Source: an uncultured Chloroflexia bacterium
Lineage (GTDB): Bacteria; Chloroflexota; Anaerolineae; CG2-30-64-16
Assembly (NCBI GenBank): GCA_963774265.1
Contig: CAVZDU010000003.1
Coordinates: 544,001-608,000 of the forward strand
Length of the DNA stretch: 64,000 nucleotides
Reading direction: 5' to 3'
Below are positions 22,501-33,690 of the stretch, piece by piece. Each line of letters starts with the position of its first letter. Position 1 is the stretch's first letter. A program made the translations under genes and the position numbers. The notes under the pieces were generated by a model. That model saw nothing but the letters and a program-made list of their open reading frames with translations. It made no database searches and was not told where the DNA came from.

Positions 22501-24592
22501 CTAGGCCCGGGCCCGGGCCGATGCTGAAGGCACAGTCACGACAGCTTCCATCCTGCGCAAATCCCCCAGCGGGATGTGACAGGCGATGCGATGCCCGTTG
22601 CCGTTATCGAGCCAGGGCGGCTCCTCTCGTTCGCAGATATCACCGACCTTGCGCGGGCAGCGCGTGTGGAAGCGGCATCCGCTGGGCGGGTTGAGCGCGC
22701 TGGGGACCGAGCCAAGCAGGCGGATGTGTTTCTGCTCGACGCGCGGGTCCGGTATGGGCACCGCGGACAGCAGCGCCTCGGTGTAAGGATGATAGGGCGG
22801 CGCGTAGATGGCCTCTGCCGGACCAATCTCCACGATCTTGCCCAGGTACATGACCGCGATGCGGTCGCAGAAGAAGCGGACGACGCTCAGATCATGGGCG
22901 ATGAAGGCCAGCGTGGCGCCCAGTTCCTTCTGGATCTCCAGCAGCAGGTTGAGGACCGCAGCCTGCACCGAGACATCCAATGCCGAAACCGGCTCATCGC
23001 ACAGCACCAGGCCGGGTCGGGCCGCGATGGCGCGTGCGATACCCACGCGCTGCTTCTCACCGCCGCTGAGCTGGCGCGGGTAGCGGTCGTAGTAGCGCTC
23101 GCCCAGCTTCATCATATCCAGCAGCCGCACCACCTCGTCGCGTACCTGGTTTGCGGGCACCGTCTTGAATCGGCGCAAGGGCCGTCCGATTTGGTAGCCC
23201 ACGGTGAAGGATGGATTGAGGGTCGAGTCGGGGTTCTGGAACACCATCTGCATCTCTTTGATGGTATCCAGAGTGCGTGTTGAGACCGGTCCGGAGATGT
23301 CGACGCCCATGAACTCGAACTCGCCGCCGGTCGGCCGCTCCATGCCAACGATCGTCTTGACCAGCGTGCTCTTGCCGCAACCCGACTCACCGACGATGCC
23401 CAGGGTGTGGCCCTTCCGGATCTCGATGCTCACGTCATCGACCGCCTTGACCTGGAGCTTCTCGCGAGTGAAGAGCTTGCGGGACGGCACCTGGTAGTAA
23501 GTCCTGGCATTCGAGACGCGCAGGATGGTTTCGGCAGTCTCAGCGGGAGGCGCGGAAACCTGGGCCAGGAGGTCTTCGGGCGGCTGCCAACCCGTCTGCC
23601 TGATCTCTTCAGCGAAGTGGCAGCGCGCTATGTGAGCAGTGTGCACCAGGCGGAGCTCTGGCTTGCGGAGGTGGCATTCCGCGCGGGCGTAGTCGCAGCG
23701 GGGTTCAAAGATGCAGCCGGGAGGCAGCGCAGTGGGTGATGGCACCCGGCCCCGGATCGGGTAGAGAACGCTGTCGCGTTTGTCCGTGCCCAGCCGCGGC
23801 ACGCAGCGCAGGAGGCCCTGGGTGTAGGGATGCTGCGGACTCGCGAACAGATCCTGCACTGAGGCGCGTTCCACGATCTCGCCGGCATACATCACGGCCA
23901 CCCGATTAGAGACCCGCGCCACCACGCCCAGGTTATGGCTGATGTACATGATGGCGGTTTGGAACTCGTTTTGCAGGTCGCGGACGAGGTCCAGGACGGC
24001 CGCTTCCACTGTAACGTCCAGGGCGGTCGTTGGCTCATCCATGATCAGGAGCGCCGGATCGTTGAGCAGGGCCATGCCGATGACCACGCGCTGCTGCTGT
24101 CCGCCCGAGATCTGGTGTGGAAAGCGGCGAACGACGTTGGAGGGATCCGGCATGTGCACGCGCTTCAACATCTCAATGCACGCGTCCTCGGCCTCTTTGG
24201 GCTTCATGAGGCGATGGACGATAAGCACTTCGGCCATCTGGTCGCCGATGCGCATGGAGGGGTTCAACGCCGGCCATCGGGTCCTGATACACCATCGCGA
24301 TGCGGTCGCCGCGAATCCGGCGCAACTCCTCAGGAGACCGACCTACCAGGTCTTGACCCTGGAACAGGATGCGACCATCGACAATTCTGCCGTTGCGGCC
24401 CAGGAAGTTCACGATGCCGAATGCGACGGTGCTCTTGCCGCATCCGGACTCCCCCACGATGCTGTACGCCTCGCCGCGCCGTATCTCGAAGTGCACGTCG
24501 CGCACAGCCGGCACGTCGCCGCGGCGCGTTTTGTAGGAGATGGCCAGGTTCTGTACGTCTAGCACCGGTGTCTGAGGCTTATGTGCATCCAT
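22501..24592 (-). CDS. Fused DppD/DppF-type ABC ATPase; frameshift near 24270
   Basis: Two GESGCGKS Walker A motifs, SGGQQQ and SGGEKQ signatures, two HPYT plus Cys4 C-terminal domains. Confidence 0.92.
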
Positions 24593-24629
24593 TGTTTCGT
24601 CCCTCATCAGTTCCCGGCAAGCGCAGGCA

Positions 24630-25511
24630 TCACTGGTAGCGGGTAGACTCTTCGCGCAGGCCATCGGCGAAGAGGTTCAGACCCACCACCAGGGAGGCGA
24701 TAGCCAACGCCGGCCAGAGCACTCCCCACGGGTTGACCCAGATGAACTTGCGAGCGTTCGCGATCATGCCGCCCCAGTCCGGCGTTGGCGGCGGCAGGCC
24801 CAGCCCCAGGAAGCCCAAGGTGCCGATGGCGAAGACCGCATACCCTACGCGCAGCATCGAGTCGATGATGAGTGGCCCGCGTGCGTTGGGGAGGATTTCC
24901 ACGAACATGACGTAGAGTGGGTTCTCCCCGCGCAGTTGGGCTGCGGCAATGTAGTCGCGCACGCGGATGTCCAGGGTCAGGCTGCGCACGAGGCGGGCGA
25001 TGCCCGGTGCGCCCACGAAGGTGATGGCGATGACCACATTGACGGCCGAAGCCCCAATGGCCGAGATAATGATTAGGTACAGCAGAATGGTGGGGAACGC
25101 CATGATCGCGTCGAGGATTCGCATCACGATCTCGTCCACCAAGCCGCCATAGTAGCCGCCCAGCAGGCCGAGGAACGTGCCCACAGCGACGGCTGCCAGC
25201 ACGGAGAGAGGCGCCAGGGTGAGAATGGTGCGGCTGCCGTAGATCAGCCGGGACAAAAGGTCGCGGCCCAGGTGGTCGGTCCCCAACAGGTGCGCGGCTG
25301 AGGGCGCCTTATTCACGGCCTGGCCGTCCTGGGCAGAGGGGCTATAGGGCGCAATGACGGGCGCCAAGATCGCGACGACAATCCAGAACAGCACGAGCAC
25401 CAACCCGATAACTGCGACCCGCGAGCTGGTGATGATCGAAAAAGTGTCGCGCAGTCGAGCGCGGGCACGGTTCCTGGTGGCTTGATCCAATGTCTTTCCG
25501 CCGGCTGTCAT
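24630..25511 (-). CDS. Peptide/nickel ABC permease (DppC-like)
   Basis: HLLGTDHLGRD, LGFLGLG..PTPDWG, NLFADGLR. Confidence 0.93.
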   Translation of the reverse strand: MTAGGKTLDQATRNRARARLRDTFSIITSSRVAVIGLVLVLFWIVVAILAPVIAPYSPSAQDGQAVNKAPSAAHLLGTDHLGRDLLSRLIYGSRTILTLAPLSVLAAVAVGTFLGLLGGYYGGLVDEIVMRILDAIMAFPTILLYLIIISAIGASAVNVVIAITFVGAPGIARLVRSLTLDIRVRDYIAAAQLRGENPLYVMFVEILPNARGPLIIDSMLRVGYAVFAIGTLGFLGLGLPPPTPDWGGMIANARKFIWVNPWGVLWPALAIASLVVGLNLFADGLREESTRYQ

Positions 25512-25524
25512 GTTGATCCTCCCC

Positions 25525-26827
25525 CTAGCTGAATCGGATGCGCGGGTTCAGGAAGGTGTAGATGATGTCCGCTATCAACTGGGTGCCGACGGCAAGGGCC
25601 ACCATCACCAGGGCGCCTGCCTCGATGGCGTTGATGTCCTTGAACAGCGCCGAATCAAGCAGGTACATCCCCAGTCCGGGGTAACCGAACACCGACTCGA
25701 CCACCACGATACCGCCGACCAACCAGTTCACATGGAGCATAATCACGGTGATCGGCGCCATCGAGCGCGTTGCGCACCGCGTGCTTCATGACGATGCGCC
25801 AATAAGGAAGGCCTTTGAGGTAGGCCGTGCGGATGTATGGTGCGTTCATCACCTCGATCATGCTGGCCCGGGTCATGCGTGTGACATAACCAACCTCGAC
25901 GAGCGTGAGCGTCGCCACCGGCAGGATCAGCAGTTTCGGGTCTTTCCAGGGCGCGATGTCGCTGGTGTATACGGCCGCTCCCGGCAACAGCTTGAGCCAG
26001 AAGGCAAAGACAAGGATCAGGATAATACCACTGGCAAATTCCGGGACTGAGGTCGTAATCAAGCTGATCAGCGAGATGGTGCGGTCAGTCCGGCTGCCTT
26101 CTCGCAGCCCGGCCAGGATGCCAAACAGCAGGGCCAACGGCATGATGAACGCGAAAGCGATGCCCGCCAGGGTGAAGGAGTTGCGCAGCCGGCGCGCGAG
26201 GGTAGGTCCGACCGGGCGATTTGTGCGCAGAGAGATACCGGGATCCCCACGCAGCAGCCCCTTGCGGATGGGATAATATTCCTCGCCGCTGGCCTCGGTC
26301 ATGGTGCGGCCCGCTGAAGCGGGGCCGGTGCGTTGTTCCTGGCTGTTTCGCCGCCACATCACCACATGGCTGGCAGTGTCGACACCCCAGAAGATGTCTT
26401 CGCCGTTAGCGTCCTGCTGCCACTGGGTCACCGGCATCTCCTGCTGGGTGCCATCCGGACGCAAGCTGATTTCGACCAGCCCCACCGCTTTCCGCGAGCG
26501 CCATTGTTTCAGCGTGCCATCGGGCTCGACCACCCACCAGGTCGCGTCGCCGAGCGCCGTGGCCTGGTGCTGGGTCAACTTCCGGCCCACGAGCTTGTCC
26601 AGGCGCCAATCGTTCCCGACAAGCCAGTCGAGGTAGCGCACCGGCAGCGACTGATCAAGCCCCATCTGCACGCGGAGCAGATCGACCTGCTCCTGGGTGG
26701 CGAACTGGCCGAGGATGTGGCGCGCGACGTCACCGGGTGCGATCTCCGAGATGCCGAAGATAACCATGGAGACCAGGAGCATGGTCAGCACCATGAAACC
26801 GAGACGGCGCAGGATAAAACGGGCCAT
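25525..26827 (-). CDS. Peptide/nickel ABC permease (DppB-like) with large inserted loop; frameshift near 25760
   Basis: PGDVA..LG, YIRTAYLKGL, HAVRNAL, VVESVFGYPGLG, NPRIR. Confidence 0.9.
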
Positions 26828-26896
26828 GGCGAGGCTCTCCCTGTGGCTGGGCGGGTCGGGCAGCACCCGCACCGTGTTTATGGGGCGAAAGAGATC

Positions 26897-26942
26897 GTTA
26901 TGCTGAGCGGGTTGACTCGATTTTCGACCCGCTCAGCATAAC
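26897..26942. terminator. Intercistronic stem-loop between binding protein and permease
   Basis: 19-bp inverted repeat GTTATGCTGAGCGGGTTGA/TCGACCCGCTCAGCATAAC with one mismatch. Confidence 0.75.
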
Positions 26943-26982
26943 AGGCTGCACTTCTTGCCTTACTCGCGCGACGGCGCGGACG

Positions 26983-28755
26983 TTACGCCGATTCGTCGAT
27001 CCATGCCTCGTTGAGGATATCGTAGTTCGTCGGATGAGCGGCGACGTTCTGCAGCTTCTTGTGCGCGATGTACCAGACGCTGGTCCAGAATGGGATGGCG
27101 ATGGAACCCCGTTCGATCTGGATGTCCTCCAGCTTGCACATGATATCGCGGCGCTTTTCAACATCCAGCGTGAGCTCGGCTTCCTTCAGAAGCTTCGAGA
27201 ATTCCTCGTCCACCCAGGCGGTTTCATTCCACGCACCCGGCTTGCCCTCCGCATCGGCCGTGTAGGCCAGGGCCAACGCCATGGTGTCCAGAGGGCGATG
27301 CGCCCAGATGGTGATCCCCAGCGGCACTTCGGTCCAAATGTTCCAGTAGTCGCTGGATGGCAGGATATTCAGCTTGATGTTGAAGCCGGCGGCGGCAGCC
27401 GATTCCTTCAACACCTGCGCGACGGCCGGCTCTGCCCGGGCCTGTTGCGTCGAGAGCTCCACCTCGAGCCCGTCAGGGAACCCAGCCTCAGCCAGCAGTT
27501 TCTTGGCGCCTTCGGGGTCATAGGCCGGGATTTCCTTCTCGCAGAACGCAGGGTGCACGGGCGCGACATGCGTGTCCGGCCCGAGTACGCCGGCGCCGAA
27601 CCAGGCCAGGTCCAGCATCTTCTGGCGCTCCAGGCATTTCTTCAGTGCCTGGCGGACGCGATTATCTGTCCAGGGCTCCTTGTCGACGCGCATGCGGATG
27701 ACGAAAGTCTGCGCAGTCGGCGCGGAATATACTCTGAGTTGTGGTAGGTCCTTGAGGGCCTGCCATTCCTCGCCGCCGGGGTTGAAGATGTTGTCCACCT
27801 GGCCGCTCTGAAGCGCCGCAATCTTGGCCGCCACCTCTTCGCCGAGATCCAGGTAAACCAGTTTGTCGAGGTACGGCAGCGACTTACCATCCGCACCCAT
27901 GCGGTAGTAGTCCGGGCGGCGCTTGAGGACGCAACGCTCGGTCTCCACGTACTCTTCCAGCAGGAAAGGTCCGGTGCCTACCGGCTGCTTGATGATGTCG
28001 CCCTCGAAAGTCTTGGGGACGATCATGGCCGGATAGTGGAAAAGGTGCTCCGGGACGGCAATCTGGCCCGCATCGAGATGCAGCTTGACAGTGTAGTCGT
28101 CTACCTTCTCGACGTTGGCGGGCTGCAAGTAGCTCATCATGCCCAGCATCGAAGAGCCGATGTCGGGATCAAGCCACTGCTCCAGGTTGAAGACGACGTC
28201 ATCGGCGGTGAACTCCTGGCCGTCGTTGAACTTGATGCCCTTCTTCAGGAACAGGGTCCACTCTTTAACATCTGCGCTGGCTTCCCACTTGTCGAGCAGC
28301 CAGGGAACCGTGATGTTGTCGTAGCCGGTGTAGGTGAGATACTCGCAAATCTGGCGCATCTGGTTGACGCCTTCGATCCAGGAAAGGCGAGCCGGGTGGT
28401 CGAGTCGCTGTACGCGGGTGGCAATGGTGAGGGTGCCGCCGCGCTTGGGGCCGGCTGCGACCGCTACGGCTGTGGCCGGGACAGCAGTGGCCGGGATAGC
28501 AGTCGCCGGGATCGCTGTGGCTGGCAAGGCCGTGGCTGGCAAAGCCGTGGCCGCAGGGGCAGGCTGCGCAGCCGGAGCGGGGGTCGGTTGCGAACATCCC
28601 GACACAAAAGCCGTGGCGGCTGCGGCTGACATGCCCAGCAGCGTCGCGGTTCGCAGAAACTCTCTGCGTGAGATTCGGCCCTGCTGATACAGGTCCTTCA
28701 GCTCCGGAACATACGGATGTACTTCACTCTGCTTCTTCCTGAACAGGAAATCCAT
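26983..28755 (-). CDS. Family-5 ABC substrate-binding Tat lipoprotein
   Basis: SRREFL plus VSGC lipobox, KRGGTL, FNDGQEFTADDVVFN, GTGPF; GGAGG RBS before ATG 28755. Confidence 0.93.
   Translation of the reverse strand: MDFLFRKKQSEVHPYVPELKDLYQQGRISRREFLRTATLLGMSAAAATAFVSGCSQPTPAPAAQPAPAATALPATALPATAIPATAIPATAVPATAVAVAAGPKRGGTLTIATRVQRLDHPARLSWIEGVNQMRQICEYLTYTGYDNITVPWLLDKWEASADVKEWTLFLKKGIKFNDGQEFTADDVVFNLEQWLDPDIGSSMLGMMSYLQPANVEKVDDYTVKLHLDAGQIAVPEHLFHYPAMIVPKTFEGDIIKQPVGTGPFLLEEYVETERCVLKRRPDYYRMGADGKSLPYLDKLVYLDLGEEVAAKIAALQSGQVDNIFNPGGEEWQALKDLPQLRVYSAPTAQTFVIRMRVDKEPWTDNRVRQALKKCLERQKMLDLAWFGAGVLGPDTHVAPVHPAFCEKEIPAYDPEGAKKLLAEAGFPDGLEVELSTQQARAEPAVAQVLKESAAAAGFNIKLNILPSSDYWNIWTEVPLGITIWAHRPLDTMALALAYTADAEGKPGAWNETAWVDEEFSKLLKEAELTLDVEKRRDIMCKLEDIQIERGSIAIPFWTSVWYIAHKKLQNVAAHPTNYDILNEAWIDESA
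28468..28557 (-). repeat. Six degenerate 15-bp tandem repeats encoding a (P)ATA(L/I/V) linker
   Basis: ATALP-ATALP-ATAIP-ATAIP-ATAVP-ATAVA after the lipidated Cys. Confidence 0.85.
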
Positions 28756-28982
28756 AGCTTGCTCCTCCTTGGAGTGGGGTAGGGATGGACCTTGCGTCGC
28801 GGGTCTTGATGGTGCGCAGGCAGGCCCGCACATGGGTTTGAGAGTGACCGGAGAGATGTGGGGGCGTCACCTTCTTTCGTTGCCGAGCAGCCACGCGGAT
28901 CGGTGATCTTTCAATGCCGCGCGCAACAGCGCGGTGCATGCACAAGATTCGACCGAGCATGCGAGGGGGCAATGTGAGGCAG

Positions 28983-29011
28983 ATGATACTTCAAATGATC
29001 CATGTTGACAA
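28983..29011 (-). promoter_or_regulatory. Putative sigma70 promoter of the ABC-mttB operon
   Basis: TTGTCA-N17-TATCAT, about 230 nt upstream of the SBP start. Confidence 0.55.
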
Positions 29012-29083
29012 GTCCCAGTTTTCCCAGATTGCCCTCCCTGCCTTAGAATGACGCCATTCTGGGCTCAGCGATAGGAGTCGATC

Positions 29084-30079
29084 GTGACCAAGACAGTCTA
29101 TCCGCTGCTCTTTGAGCCGGTGCTCAAGGATTACATCTGGGGTGGTCGCCACTTCGAGCGCCTGGGACGCGCATTGCCGCGGAAGGGCGTCGTCGCGGAG
29201 AGTTGGGAAATCTCCGCGCACCAGGACGGCACGACGGTGGTGTCCAACGGCTATTTCGCCGGGCAGCCTTTGACCGCGGTTCATGCTGCGCTCGGGCTGG
29301 ATCTGATCGGTGCGAACAATGCCTGGGCGCAGGCCCGCGGCAAGTTCCCGCTCCTCGTCAAGCTGATCGACGCGGCCCAGCCGCTTTCCGTGCAGGTGCA
29401 TCCGGACGACGAGTATGCGCTGGCGCACGAGGAAAACGAGTTGGGCAAGACAGAGATGTGGTATGTCCTCCACGCGGAGCCAGGCGCTGAACTGGTGCTC
29501 GGCGTGACCGCAGGGACGACGCGGGAGGCATTTCGCAAGTCCCTGCTCGCAGGCCGGCTCGACCCGCATCTTCACCGCATCTCTGTGCAGGCTGGCGATC
29601 ATTTCTGCGTGCCGGCCGGCACCCTCCACGCCATCATGAGCGGGCTGATCATGGCCGAAATTCAACAGAATTCGAACGCCACCTATCGCGTGTACGACTG
29701 GAACCGCCTCGGCGCAGATGGGAAGCCCCGGCCGATGCATGTTGAAAAGGCGCTCGACGTGATCGACTTCAGCAATATCGAGCCGGGCACGTGTCCACCG
29801 GAGCCGATCATAGACGAGGATGGCTGCCGTCGCACGCGCTTGTGCCGCAATCGCTACTTCACCGCCGAGCGCGTCGAGCTGGCTCCGGCCGCGACGTATC
29901 GTGGAAATTGTGACGGTTCGACGATGGAAATCTGGGGCGTGCTCGATGGGCGTGCGGACGTCGCAGGCGAGCGACTCGAAGCCGTTCGCTTTGCCCTGCT
30001 GCCCGCGGCCCTGGGCGAATTCGCCGTCACCAGCGCGGCGGGCGCGACCTTGCTGCGCAGCTATACGGATGCCAGTTGA
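29084..30079 (+). CDS. manA: Class I mannose-6-phosphate isomerase
   Basis: DYIWGG, ESWEISAH, FPLLVK, LSVQVHP, GKTEMW, GTLHA, EIQQNSNATYRVYD. Confidence 0.92.
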   Translation: MTKTVYPLLFEPVLKDYIWGGRHFERLGRALPRKGVVAESWEISAHQDGTTVVSNGYFAGQPLTAVHAALGLDLIGANNAWAQARGKFPLLVKLIDAAQPLSVQVHPDDEYALAHEENELGKTEMWYVLHAEPGAELVLGVTAGTTREAFRKSLLAGRLDPHLHRISVQAGDHFCVPAGTLHAIMSGLIMAEIQQNSNATYRVYDWNRLGADGKPRPMHVEKALDVIDFSNIEPGTCPPEPIIDEDGCRRTRLCRNRYFTAERVELAPAATYRGNCDGSTMEIWGVLDGRADVAGERLEAVRFALLPAALGEFAVTSAAGATLLRSYTDAS

Positions 30080-30106
30080 GAAATCCGGTTGAAAGAGTCT
30101 TCCTCA

Positions 30107-31560
30107 ATGATCACAACCCATCAGACAAACATGGCCAGCGCGCACTATGCGCGCATGGGGCGGCAGGAGTGCGAGCAGATTCACCTCGCCTCACTGGAGA
30201 TCCTGGATAGGGTCGGCCTGGACGTCCACGACGATAAGGCCCTACAGGTCCTGGTCAAGGGCGGCGCGAAGGCCGACGGGCATCCGGGTGCGCATCCCCG
30301 AATTCATGGTCAGCCGCGCGCTGTCTGTGACACCCCATCGCATGAACCTCTACAACCGCAAGGGACAGGTTGCCATGCGTGCCGGGGGCTACAACACGTA
30401 CTACGGCGGCGGGTCCGACTGCCTGAACATTCTTGACCACCACACGGGCCAGCGGCGCAGGCCGACCCTCGAGGACGTGCTGCCAGGCAGCCACCCTGAT
30501 GGACGCGCTGCCCGAGATCGACTTCGTCATGTCGGCCTTCCTGCCCGAGGATGTGGACCAGCGCATCTACGACCGCTACCAGATGGAAGTCATGCTGAAC
30601 AACACGACCAAGCCGATCGTGTTCGTCACGCCCGACTTCGAGGGCTGTGTCGCGGCGGTGGAGATGTGCGAGGCGGTCGCGGGCGGCGCGGAGGCCTTCC
30701 AGCGCCGGCCGTTTGCCACCTGCTACATCAACGTCACCTCCGGCATGATCATGAACGCCGAGGCGCTGCAGAAGTGCATGTACCTGGCGGAGAAGGGGCT
30801 GCCCCTGCTGTGGATCCCGCTCAACGCGGGCGGCGTCAACTCGCCGGTCACCACGGCCGGCTGCATGGCCTCCATGAACGCCGGCATCCTGCTGGGCATC
30901 GTCCTGGCTCAGCTGGTCCGCGAAGGGACGCCGGTGGGCGTGCCCGGCTGGAACGGCGGCCCATACAACCTGCAGACCATGGTCGGCAACTACGTGCTGG
31001 CCGACGAGCAGGGCGTGCCCACCAGCATGGGCAAGTACTACGACCTGCCCGTGTTCGGCCTGGGCGGCTCCACCGACTCCAAGGCGCTGGATCAGCAGGC
31101 CGGCTTCGAGGCGACGATCAGCCTGATGACCGCGCTGCTGCACGGCGCGAACATCGTCCACGACGTGGCTTTCATGGATGCAGGCATGCAAGGCTCGCTC
31201 CAGCAGCTGGTGCTCTGCAACGACTACCTCGGCTTCATCCGTGCGATGACCGCGGGGTGTCGTGGTCAACGATGAGACGCTGGCCCTCGACGTGATCGAC
31301 CAGCTCGGCCCGACCGGCAGCTACCTGGAGCACGAGCACACCATCCGCCACTACCGCGAGCCGTTCTACTCCAAACTGGCTGACAAGAGCCCCTATGCCG
31401 TCTGGCAGAAGAAGGGCGCGACCACCATGGAAGCACCGCGCCGCGAAGCAGGTGGACACGATCCTGGCAAAGCACAAGCCCGAGCCGCTCCCCGCCGACG
31501 TCCAAGCGTGCCATCCGGGCGATCGTCGAGCGCGAGCAGGCATGGATCAATGAGCAGTAG
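30107..31560 (+). CDS. MttB-superfamily methyltransferase 3 (non-Pyl); several indels
   Basis: GGGSDC, NTTKP, SPVTTAG, GGSTDSKALDQQAG, HDV, GPTGSYL across ORFs 30089, 30147, 30433 and 31262. Confidence 0.88.
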
Positions 31561-31571
31561 AGGAACTTTCA

Positions 31572-32820
31572 ATGCAACAGGATGACGTGTTTTTCATGCG
31601 CCAGCCGTGGGTGTTTGACTCCGGCCTCGGAAGCCGCGCCCCGGCCAGAGGATGAGATGGGTTTCGCCACGCAGGCACTTCACGCCGGTTTCCGCCCGCT
31701 GACCGGGATGGGTCGATTCAACACCTTCAGCCTGCCCATCGTGCCGTCGATGACCTATCCTTACGAGCAGTTCGACAAGATCCCGTACCCGGTCTATGGC
31801 CGCACCAAGACGCCGACGACCTCGGTGCTGGAGGAGCGGCTGGCGGTGCTCGAGGGCGGCGAAGCGTGCGTGACCGCGGGTTCCGGCTCGCAGGCGCTGT
31901 TCAACCTGCTCTTCACCATCGCGCGGCCCGGCGACAACATCGTCACCTCGCTGATGACCTTCGGCGAGGGATACAAGCAGGCGGCCACGATCTTCCCCGA
32001 GCGCTGCGGTGTGCAGTTCCGCTTCGTTCAGAATCCTGAAGATCCGCAAGTGCTGGGATGCAGCGATCGACGAGCGGACCAAGCTGGTGTGGGTCGAAAC
32101 GCCGAGCAACCCGACGCTCTTCGTCACCGACATTCAGCGCGGTGGCGGATGTGGCACACGGCAGGGGTCTTCCCCTTCTGGTCGACAACACCACGGCCAC
32201 CGCCGCGCTGCAGAAGCCGATGGCGCTGGGCGCCGACATCATCCTGCTCTCCGTCACCAAGTTCCTCGCCGGCAACGCGACCGTGCTCGGCGGCGCCATC
32301 GTCGGACCGGAGGCACTGACCGAGGATATCCGCTGGAACACCACCGAGTTCATCGGCTGCACCATGCAGCCGTTCGACTCGTGGCTGACGGTCCAGTATC
32401 TCGAGACGCTGCCGTTGCGAATGGCCAAGCACAGCGCCAACGCGCAGGCCCTGGCCGAGTATCTGGCAAAGCCATCCGAAGGTGACGCGTGTCAACTACA
32501 CCGGGCTGCCTGACCATCCGCAGCACGCACTCGCGCAGCGGCAGATGCGGGCGGGCGGCGGCATGCTCTCCTTCGTCGTGCGGGGCGGCATCCCGGTCGT
32601 GCGCACCGTGATGGATAGCTTCAAGCTGATCATCCATGCCGTCACCTTCGGCACCAGCCGGACGATCGTCATGCACCCGCGCACTATCACGCACGAGCAC
32701 ATGACGCAGGAGGAGCGCGACCGCGCGGGCATCGACGATGGCCTGATCCGCCTGTCGGTCGGGCTGGAGGACGTCGAGGACCTGATCGCCGACCTGGACC
32801 AGGCGCTGGCGAGTAATTGA
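31572..32820 (+). CDS. Cys/Met-metabolism PLP enzyme (methionine gamma-lyase/cystathionine synthase fold); several indels
   Basis: FATQALHAG, YGRTKTPT, ETPSNP, VDNT, SVTKF (PLP Lys), IRLSVGLEDVEDLIADLDQAL. Confidence 0.88.
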
Positions 32821-32855
32821 TCTGTTCCGTCATCCGTTGCGGTGGAGCACGCGTT

Positions 32856-33650
32856 ATGCAGAACCAATCACACGACCCCAACATACACACCATCCGCGCC
32901 CGGCCCGACCGGCGCTGCTACGGCATGGGGCTGGGCATCATCATCCTCGATGACGTCTACCCGGCTTCCCCGGCGACGTCCGCAACGCCAGCGCGTATCC
33001 CTTCCCGATCCAGTACGATGTGGCCGAGGGCGTGGACATCCACGCCTCGTCGAGGAGGAGGACAAGTCGCCCTGCCTGGAGCCGATCCTCGCCTCTGCGC
33101 GGCGGCTGGAGCGCATGGGCTGCCGGGCGATCGCGGCCGAGTGCGGTTACTTCGCCTACTTCCAGCGCGAGGTCGCTGCGGCCGTCCGTGTGCCGGTCGT
33201 TCATGTCCAGTCCTGCTCCAGGTCCCGTTTGCCCAGCAGCTCATCGGCCCGAACCGGGTCGTCGGCATCCTGATGGCCAACGCCAACTACCTGACCGAGC
33301 ACCACCTGACTGCTGGCAGGCGTGCGGCTCGGCTCGAACTACGTGGTCGGGGATGCTATGTCGGGTCTGCTGTGCGAGGAGTTCGACCACCTGTGGACCG
33401 GCGGCCTGCGCAGCTGATCCGCCGAGCGCGAACTATGAAAAGGCCGAGCGGGAGTTCGTGAGCGTGGCCTCGGCCTTCGTGCGGCAGTATCCAAACATGG
33501 GCGCCCTGGTGCTAGAATGCACCGGCTTCCCGCCCTTCGCCCGCGCGCTTGCAAGCGCGAGATCGACATCGCCGGTCTTCTCCTGGGGCACGCTGCTCGA
33601 CTTACGCCTATTCCGTGGCCGTCCACCGCGACTATTACGGCCACGTGTAA
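32856..33650 (+). CDS. Asp/Glu/hydantoin racemase-superfamily protein; several indels
   Basis: Reconstructed PGDVRNASAYPFP, AIAAECGYF, MSSLLQVP, LVLECTGFPPF; two catalytic-type Cys. Confidence 0.78.
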
Positions 33651-33690
33651 CTGATCAATTCGTTCATTCAATCTGGAATCGGAGAACACT

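Noticed and set aside
28468-28557. CRISPR-like or VNTR array
   Set aside because: In-frame degenerate coding repeats with no spacers
28756-28980. Glycine, cobalamin or SAM riboswitch in the SBP leader
   Set aside because: Consensus elements could not be matched by eye
29084-30079. manA as part of the methyltransferase pathway
   Set aside because: It is a canonical housekeeping PMI with no biochemical link; adjacency alone is insufficient
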